Assembly (NCBI GenBank): GCA_965223905.1 | Contig: CBDCXV010000011.1 | Coordinates: 480,001 to 544,000 of the forward strand | Source of the DNA: Candidatus Latescibacterota bacterium | Lineage (GTDB): Bacteria; Latescibacterota; UBA2968; UBA8231 | Length of the DNA: 64,000 nt | Direction: 5' to 3' | Shown: in pieces, positions 57,418 through 64,000 of the stretch | Position numbering within the stretch: the first letter of the stretch is position 1 | Layout of the letters: each line of letters opens with the position of its first letter | Translations under genes and position numbers: made by a program | Notes under the pieces: model-generated | The model's database searches: none | Seen by the model: the letters and a program-made list of their open reading frames with translations, nothing else | What the model was told of the DNA's origin: nothing

Positions 57418-59339
57418 GCGCAGAGAGGATAGACATGGCGGCCAAAGGCATGCATCTGAGGATCATCATGGTGACCCACGTGCTGAGCGTTCTGATGACG
57501 CGAGACGGCCTGGCTTTGGAGCGGTATGTCATCGGTGGAGTGGGGGGACAACCGTGGGCCGAGGCGGGAACCGCCTATCTGCTGGAGAGCGAGTCGACGG
57601 AGATTTCCCCCATACATATCGCACCAGATGAGAACATCGGACCCGCCAGCTATGACCTGGGAGGCGGTTCCCTCAATTGGGGCTTTGGCAGCACCGGGGA
57701 AGGTGATGCCAACGACATGGCGAAAGACGCCATGTTCGACCGCAGCGACACCACGGCCTTCGTGCTGTTTCCCAGTGGCGTCTCCGGCATATTTCGCAGC
57801 TACCGCGCGCGCCTGATGCTGGAGCTGGGTGGTAGGTTTCCGGTCAACCGCGTGCGCTTCTTTACGCGCCCGGACTTCCCCTTCCGGGCCCCCGACGACT
57901 TCGATCTCTACGTGAGTCCGGACCAGAGCGAGGCGCGACTTGGCCCGATCGACGACCTGGTGTGGACCCAGGTTGCCGCGGAACAGGAAAACAGGAATCC
58001 CGAGGTCGAGATAACGTTTCCCGCTCAGTGGGTCCGACGCGTTGTGCTGGATGTCAAGTACCTCGATGTCCCTAACACCCAGGTGACCCAGGGAAGACTC
58101 CCCGGTGAGCACAACTGGGAGATCGCCGAGTTCGAAGTGTATGGGGAAGGTTTTGTGGCGGAAGCCTCGTACACCTCACACATTATCGATTTCGTGGACC
58201 CTGCCATCTGGGGCAAGCTCCGCTGGCCCGGACATCGAGATCCCGAGGCCAAAGTGCTGGTGCGCACGCGGACCGGGACCGACGCTACTCCTGACGTATT
58301 CTGGCGCAACACCGGGGTCGGTGATGAGAGCGAACCCGCCGATCTGACCCGCGCGCAGTACGACCGCCTGTCCGCTGCCGACAAAGGACCGATCACCCCG
58401 GATCTGGAGCATTGGAGCTTCTGGTCTGCGCCCTACGAGTTCGAAGCGGGCCAGGAGGGAACCCCCGTCGTCTCTCCCGGACCGCGCCAGTATTTTCAGA
58501 TCAAGATCGATTTCCTGCCCACGATCACGGCCGGAGCCCGCATCGATTCCCTCGAACTGGAGTTTGACACGGTGCGAGCGGCAAAAAGCGTGACCGCTGA
58601 GATCTGGCCGGAAAAGGTGGAACCGGCCAAGGTGGAGACCTTTGTCTATTCGGTGCGGCCTGTCATTGAAGAGGGCGACACCGGTTTCGACAGGCTGAGA
58701 ATCTTCACTCTGGTGGAGGCCGAAGGCGTGCGCTCGGTTCGCCTAGACGGACAGGAGGTCGACCTGGATGCGTTTGTGCCGCAAATCGGCGCAGACCAAC
58801 TGGTGGTCAGCTTCCCCAAACTCGAGCAGAGGGACACGTTCGCACTGGTCGAGGTCGAGTTCGAGGTGGCCGTGGTGCGGTACGGGATGCAGTTCAACGG
58901 CTGGGTGTACGACCACGAGCACGTAGAGCAGGGCGGGATTCCGCAACTGGTCGAGGCGGGCGATGCCACGGCCGCCTACGCGGGCAACTCGCTGTCGGTA
59001 CAGACCGAATTGGGCACCTCTGTGATTGCCGCCGTCAAGGCCGGGCCCAATCCCTTTACCCCGAACGGAGACGGCATCAACGATCGACTCATCCTTTCCT
59101 ACAGTCTCCTGGGGCTCAACCAGGCCACGCCGGTCACTATCCAGCTGTTCGATCTCAGCGGCCGGCGAGTCAGCGTCCTTCACCGGACACAGGCCGTCAA
59201 CGGCATCTACGAGACGATTTGGGACGGTACATCCGACGACGGCCGACTGCTGCCGCCGGGTTCCTACCTCTACCGGTTGTCGGTGGACACGGATGAAGTG
59301 GAAGCGGTGCACACGGGTGCCGTCTCTGTCGTCTACTAG
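57414..59339 (+). CDS. Secreted protein: discoidin-like domain plus CHU_C/FlgD-Ig tail (paralogue C)
   Basis: LELGGRFPVNRVRFF, EFEVYGEGFVAE, WSFWSAPY, SPGPRQYFQ, PNPFTPNGDGIND, PPGSY, ends VVY. Confidence 0.85.
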   Translation: MSAERIDMAAKGMHLRIIMVTHVLSVLMTRDGLALERYVIGGVGGQPWAEAGTAYLLESESTEISPIHIAPDENIGPASYDLGGGSLNWGFGSTGEGDANDMAKDAMFDRSDTTAFVLFPSGVSGIFRSYRARLMLELGGRFPVNRVRFFTRPDFPFRAPDDFDLYVSPDQSEARLGPIDDLVWTQVAAEQENRNPEVEITFPAQWVRRVVLDVKYLDVPNTQVTQGRLPGEHNWEIAEFEVYGEGFVAEASYTSHIIDFVDPAIWGKLRWPGHRDPEAKVLVRTRTGTDATPDVFWRNTGVGDESEPADLTRAQYDRLSAADKGPITPDLEHWSFWSAPYEFEAGQEGTPVVSPGPRQYFQIKIDFLPTITAGARIDSLELEFDTVRAAKSVTAEIWPEKVEPAKVETFVYSVRPVIEEGDTGFDRLRIFTLVEAEGVRSVRLDGQEVDLDAFVPQIGADQLVVSFPKLEQRDTFALVEVEFEVAVVRYGMQFNGWVYDHEHVEQGGIPQLVEAGDATAAYAGNSLSVQTELGTSVIAAVKAGPNPFTPNGDGINDRLILSYSLLGLNQATPVTIQLFDLSGRRVSVLHRTQAVNGIYETIWDGTSDDGRLLPPGSYLYRLSVDTDEVEAVHTGAVSVVY

Positions 59340-59367
59340 TGCGGGCTGACCCCCTGCCGTCCTGCCG

Positions 59368-61350
59368 ATGGATCAGCCTGTTTTCCCGGCACAACGCAAC
59401 AACACTTCGGCCGCCATCGTCAGAGGTTGCACCGCCCGGGCCTTGATCATCGGTTTGGGGGGGGCTCTGTGCATAAGCCTGGGCTCGACCTACAACGACA
59501 TGATCATCAAGGGCCCTCCGTTGGCCCGTTGGAGCGTCACGCCAGCAGCGATCTTCCTGTTCTTCATCCTCGTCGCCGTCGTCAACACCTTCCTGGGTCT
59601 CATCCACCGCCCCCTGGCACTGCAGCGGGGCGAGTTGGCGGTGGCCTACGTGCTCATGGTGCTGGGCAACACCCTGTCGGGCGGGCTCTCGGGATATGTT
59701 TTACCCGTCATCAGTGGGCCCTATTACTACGCGACGCCCGCCAACAACTGGCGCGAGGATGTGCTCCCTTTCCTGCCGGATTGGATAGGCCCTCGGGATG
59801 CCGATGTCATCCGCGACTTCTACGAAGGCAACCCTACCGGCGGCATACCCTGGGAAGTATGGTCTCTGCCCTTGCTCCTGTGGCTCCTGTTCGCGCTGGC
59901 GCTGTTCCTCGTCATGGTCTGCATGATGGTGATCCTGCGCCGGCAATGGGTGGATCACGAGAAGCTCGCCTACCCCATGGCGCAACTCCCGCTCGCCATG
60001 ATCGCCGACGACAAATGGGAAAGACTGGTCAAGCCGTTGTTCCGCAACTCGGTGATGTGGTTGGGTTTTGCTTGTCCTTTCGTGTTGGCGTCGCTGGATG
60101 CCCTTCACAGTTATTCGCCTACCTTCCCCCGCATCGTACTGTCTGTGGGAAGTTTCCAGTTGTTTTTCGAGCGGGCGGGCATCGGCATGCATTTCTACCC
60201 GTCCATCACCGGTTTCTCCTACCTCATCCACCAGAATGTGGCCGCCGGCCTGTGGTTCTTCTACCTCATCAGTCAACTGGAGCGCGGCGTCTTCGACGCT
60301 GTGGGCTGGTACACGCCTGAGAGCTCGGTCGGGAATTTCAGCCAGTACCTGGACCCCATCATCCTGCACCAGTGCATGGGGGCTATGGTCGCACTCGTGC
60401 TCGGATTCCTCTGGATAGGCCGGGATCACCTCAAGGCTGTGGCCCGCAAGGCGTTCTTGGGCGATCCCGAGGTGGACGATTCGGATGAAATCGTCTCCTA
60501 TCGAGTGGCCGTCGGCGGCCTTCTAACTGGCCTCGCGGGCATGGCTTTCTGGTTGTGGCAGACCGGCGTGCCCGCCCCCTACGTACCGCTGTTGCTGTTC
60601 GGGGCCTTCGTCGTATTCCTCACTGCCACGCGAGAAGCGGCCCAGGGGGGTGTGGCGGCGATGTACGCGCCGACCGTGGCCCCTGACATCGCCGTCTCCG
60701 CGGTCGGGGGATCGATTCTGGGACCGCACGGCTTGGCCGGACTGGCCCTGACCTATCCGTGGAGCACCGGTCGGGCGACGATGATGATCATGATGGTGGC
60801 CTGCGCCAACGGACTGAAGGTGATCAGCGAAGTCGATCTACCCCATCGCCGGCGCCTGTTCGGCGGTATCGTCGCCGTCATCGTCTTGAGCCTGACGGCG
60901 ACCGTCAGTCTGATCTTCTATCTCAGCTACCAGCACGGAGCCGTCAACCTGAACTGGTACTTCGAGGTCTTCGCCAAGTACCCGTACGAGTTTATGGCGA
61001 AGAACGTGGGCAATCCCACGGGACCGAACCTGAACGGGTGGATGCACAAGGGCCTGGGAGCCGGCTTGATGGCAGGACTGTTGGTACTGCAGCATCGCTG
61101 CCCCTGGTGGCCCTTCCACCCTCTGGGGTTCCCGATCGGCGCGGTCTTCGGCCGCATGTGGTTCAGCGTGTTCATCGCCTGGTTGGTCAAGGTCCTGATC
61201 CTCAAATACGGCGGTTCGAGGCTCTATTCTCGCATGAGACCGCTCTTTTTGGGCTTGATCCTCGGGGAGCTGGTGGTCGGCGGGTTCTGGGTCGTCATCG
61301 ACTCCATCACCGGCATGCAGGGCAATCATCTGGAAGGGGTGGTTTTTTGA
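59368..61350 (+). CDS. Polytopic inner-membrane protein, DUF6785/DUF6784-like (putative transporter)
   Basis: More than 14 hydrophobic segments; ILRRQWVDHEKLAYPMAQLP, WWPFHPLGF, AWLVKVLILKYGG...PLFLGLILGE. Confidence 0.75.
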   Translation: MDQPVFPAQRNNTSAAIVRGCTARALIIGLGGALCISLGSTYNDMIIKGPPLARWSVTPAAIFLFFILVAVVNTFLGLIHRPLALQRGELAVAYVLMVLGNTLSGGLSGYVLPVISGPYYYATPANNWREDVLPFLPDWIGPRDADVIRDFYEGNPTGGIPWEVWSLPLLLWLLFALALFLVMVCMMVILRRQWVDHEKLAYPMAQLPLAMIADDKWERLVKPLFRNSVMWLGFACPFVLASLDALHSYSPTFPRIVLSVGSFQLFFERAGIGMHFYPSITGFSYLIHQNVAAGLWFFYLISQLERGVFDAVGWYTPESSVGNFSQYLDPIILHQCMGAMVALVLGFLWIGRDHLKAVARKAFLGDPEVDDSDEIVSYRVAVGGLLTGLAGMAFWLWQTGVPAPYVPLLLFGAFVVFLTATREAAQGGVAAMYAPTVAPDIAVSAVGGSILGPHGLAGLALTYPWSTGRATMMIMMVACANGLKVISEVDLPHRRRLFGGIVAVIVLSLTATVSLIFYLSYQHGAVNLNWYFEVFAKYPYEFMAKNVGNPTGPNLNGWMHKGLGAGLMAGLLVLQHRCPWWPFHPLGFPIGAVFGRMWFSVFIAWLVKVLILKYGGSRLYSRMRPLFLGLILGELVVGGFWVVIDSITGMQGNHLEGVVF

Positions 61351-61353
61351 GGT

Positions 61354-64000
61354 TTGAAACCAGTATGTTCAATCCTCCTCCTCTGCGGGTGTGTCTCTGA
61401 GACCCGACCCGTAGCCGACGACCCTGCAGCTGACGGCGCGACAGGTCCCGCTGTGGCGCAGGTTCGGTTCGTGGACGTCACGGCCGCATCGGGTCTGGCC
61501 TTCACCCACGTATCGGGCAGTCCCCAGCAACGCTACATCCTGGAGACCACGGGTGGCGGAGCGGCGTTCGTGGACTATGACGGTGATGGTTTCCTGGATG
61601 TCTTCGTCGTCAACGGCACCCGTGTCGAGGAACAGCCGGAGGAGGCTCACAACCGGCTCTTCCGAAACGTCGAAGCAGCGAGTGGGCCGGGACGGCGGCA
61701 GTTCCGGGAGGTGACGGAAGAAGCCGGGTTGAAACGCTCGGGTTGGGGCATGGGTTGCGCCACCGGCGATTACGACAACGATGGCGATGTCGATCTCTAC
61801 GTCACCTACTGGGGAGCGAACGTCCTCTACCGCAACGAAGGAGACGGGACGTTCGTCGACGTGACCTCGTCCGCGGGGGTGGGAGACGAGGGTTGGGGTT
61901 CCAGCGCTGCGTTCGGGGACGTGGACGGGGATGGCCAGCTGGATTTGTACGTCGGCAATTATCTGGTCTTCGACCTGGCAGCGCCGCCCAACGACGGCCT
62001 GCCCTGCGGGGCCCTCAAAGGGTTGAAGGGCTTCTGTGGCCCTGTCGGGATGGAGGCGCAGACCGATGTGCTGTATCGCAACGAGGGCGGGGGCCGGTTT
62101 GCGGATACAGGTCCGCAAACCGGCGTCGGCCAGCACGCTTATCCCACGCTGGGTGTCGTTTTCGGAGATTACGACCAGGACGGCGACCAGGATATCTACG
62201 TGGCCAATGATGCCGAGCCCAACCTGCTGTGGCGCAACGACGGCGGCTGGCGCCTGAGTGAGGTGGGCGCCGTCGCCGGCGTGGCCTACAGCGAGGACGG
62301 CCGGGCCCAGGCCGGGATGGGAGTGGACTTCGGTGATTACGACAACGACGGCGATCTGGATCTGTACGTGACCAACTTCTCTGACGATGTGAATACGCTG
62401 TACCGGAACCGGGGCGACGGTACCTTTGCCGATGCCACGGCTCTGTCTGGCTTGGAAGGAACGGCACGGCCCTACCTGGGCTGGTCCACGTCCTTTTTTG
62501 ACGCGGACAACGATGGTTGGCTCGACCTATTCGTGGCCAATGGCCACGTCTATCCGCAGCTGGAAGAGCATCCGTCGGTGCTGCGCTACCCGCAACGGAA
62601 CCTGTTTTACCACAATCAGGATGGCGTGTTTAGCCCCGTCGATGCCGGTCCGGGCATGGAGGTTGAAAAGGTCAGTCGTGGGACCGCCTTCGGGGACTAC
62701 GACAATGACGGTGATGTGGATCTGCTGGTGATGAACCTGAACGACGCACCGACATTGCTGCGCAATGAGGGCGGCAACGCCAACAATTGGCTTGGTCTGC
62801 AGCTGGTGGGCACCACGAGCAACCGGGATGCGATCGGGGCCCGGGTGCGGGTGCAGGCCGGGGATCTGGCGCTGGTGCGGGAGGTGCAGCGCGGCTACGG
62901 CTACCAGTCTCAGCACGACCCGCGTCTGCTGTTCGGCCTGGGGTCGCGCCAACAGATGGAATGGGTGGAAATCCTCTGGCCTTCGGGACGACGGCAGCAG
63001 CTGGAGGGTCTGCCGCTGCGTCGTTATGTTGTGGTCCGCGAAGGGAGCGCCGACGTACTGGCCGGCGACGTCGTACCGCAGGATGAGTCAGCTGGCACGA
63101 CCCCCTCATCACCCGTTGCGGCAGGCTCGGCCGCCCCTGCTCCGCAGGTCGGGCAGCCGGACTGGACGGCGAAGGATTATTTCCGGGCCGGGGTTTCGTT
63201 CTATGAGCAGGCGCGTCACGGCGAAGCTCAGGCGGCGTTCGAGCAGGCCGTCGAGCACGACCCCGACTATGCTGTCGCCTACATCAATCTGGGCATAATG
63301 CTCTACTTCAAAGGCAGCTACCAGGAGGCCGCTGTCGCGGTGGAAAGAGCAGCCCGGCTGGATCCCTCCCAGGCCGAGACATTTAGCCTGCTGGGCAGGT
63401 TCTATCTCGGCCTCAACCGTCCTGACCTGGCGCTCGTGGCTTTGGGCAGGGCCACCCGGCTGGCTCCGAGCGTCTGGGAGTATCACCATTGGCGGGGACT
63501 GGCTTTTGCGCGCGCCGACAGCACCGAGGCGGCCGTGGCTGCGTTCCGTCAGGCGTCCAAACACGCACCCTGGGAGCCGTGGCCTCATCAGCGCCTCGCC
63601 CGGCAGTACAGCGAGTTGTCGCGGCCGCAGCTGGCAGCCCGCGAGCAGCAGCTGTTCGAACAGCTGGCTCCCCGCAAGCAACGGGTGGTGAGGTACCGAA
63701 GGGAGATCGAGGAATACCCCGAGAAGGCCGCTCTGCACAACAAGCTGGGCCGCGCCTACCTCGAGCAGGGTCGGCCGCGGGATGCCATGCGTCAGTTCGA
63801 CCTGGCCGTCGAGCTCGACGCGGAGTTCGGGTTGGCGCATTACGGCCGCGGAGCTGTGTTGCACCTGCAAAAGCGAACAGCCCTCGCCATCCTGGCCTAC
63901 CAGGAGGCCTGCCGGGTGCAGCCGGATCTGTTTGAGGCCTTTCACGATCTCGGGCTGGCCTACAGTCAGACCGAGCAGTACGAGAAAGCCATCGTCGCTT
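61354..64000 (+). CDS. CRTAC1-family (FG-GAP repeats, ASPIC/UnbV) lipoprotein with C-terminal TPRs; runs off window end
   Basis: Manual translation from TTG 61354: MKPVCSILLLCGC...RFVDVTAASGLAFTH...DYDGDGFLD, repeated GDYDNDGDxD, SNRDAIGARV...RLLFGLG, then TPR helices. Absent from the ORF track because it has no stop. Confidence 0.88.
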   Translation, partial: MKPVCSILLLCGCVSETRPVADDPAADGATGPAVAQVRFVDVTAASGLAFTHVSGSPQQRYILETTGGGAAFVDYDGDGFLDVFVVNGTRVEEQPEEAHNRLFRNVEAASGPGRRQFREVTEEAGLKRSGWGMGCATGDYDNDGDVDLYVTYWGANVLYRNEGDGTFVDVTSSAGVGDEGWGSSAAFGDVDGDGQLDLYVGNYLVFDLAAPPNDGLPCGALKGLKGFCGPVGMEAQTDVLYRNEGGGRFADTGPQTGVGQHAYPTLGVVFGDYDQDGDQDIYVANDAEPNLLWRNDGGWRLSEVGAVAGVAYSEDGRAQAGMGVDFGDYDNDGDLDLYVTNFSDDVNTLYRNRGDGTFADATALSGLEGTARPYLGWSTSFFDADNDGWLDLFVANGHVYPQLEEHPSVLRYPQRNLFYHNQDGVFSPVDAGPGMEVEKVSRGTAFGDYDNDGDVDLLVMNLNDAPTLLRNEGGNANNWLGLQLVGTTSNRDAIGARVRVQAGDLALVREVQRGYGYQSQHDPRLLFGLGSRQQMEWVEILWPSGRRQQLEGLPLRRYVVVREGSADVLAGDVVPQDESAGTTPSSPVAAGSAAPAPQVGQPDWTAKDYFRAGVSFYEQARHGEAQAAFEQAVEHDPDYAVAYINLGIMLYFKGSYQEAAVAVERAARLDPSQAETFSLLGRFYLGLNRPDLALVALGRATRLAPSVWEYHHWRGLAFARADSTEAAVAAFRQASKHAPWEPWPHQRLARQYSELSRPQLAAREQQLFEQLAPRKQRVVRYRREIEEYPEKAALHNKLGRAYLEQGRPRDAMRQFDLAVELDAEFGLAHYGRGAVLHLQKRTALAILAYQEACRVQPDLFEAFHDLGLAYSQTEQYEKAIVA

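Overview
GC-rich bacterial chromosomal window. The gene content (FlgD-Ig/CHU_C-tailed secreted proteins, a C-terminal TWGxIK motif, a DUF6785-like membrane protein, CRTAC1/ASPIC, PhyH and Gfo/Idh/MocA enzymes) suggests an FCB-group candidate phylum such as Ca. Latescibacterota; this is inference. 1-5.9 kb is a nested mobile-element pile: IS1380 inside an IS481 remnant, a CTAG-flanked MITE inside the 3' end of rpsT, a group II intron 3' remnant, and an IS3 carrying two IS630 elements. 5.9-20.3 kb is housekeeping: cysM-mec-cysO-cysK, aspS, a lipoprotein plus LysM gene, phoH-HD-ybeY-corC, tRNA-fMet, an orphan sigma region-4 gene and an Lnt/lipase fusion. 20.7-43.5 kb is catabolic/transport genes, including a TonB receptor and an internally deleted copy of it. 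43.6-47.3 kb is pseudogene and IS debris around an IS91-family transposase. 47.2-64 kb is the best candidate for an undescribed system: a partly tandem-duplicated cell-surface cassette encoding a putative outer-membrane barrel, two small TWG-tailed secreted paralogues bracketed by conserved RNA elements, three discoidin/FlgD-tailed paralogues, a DUF6785-like transporter and a CRTAC1-TPR lipoprotein. No CRISPR array, rRNA or intact reverse transcriptase was seen. All family assignments come from motif recognition; no searches were run.
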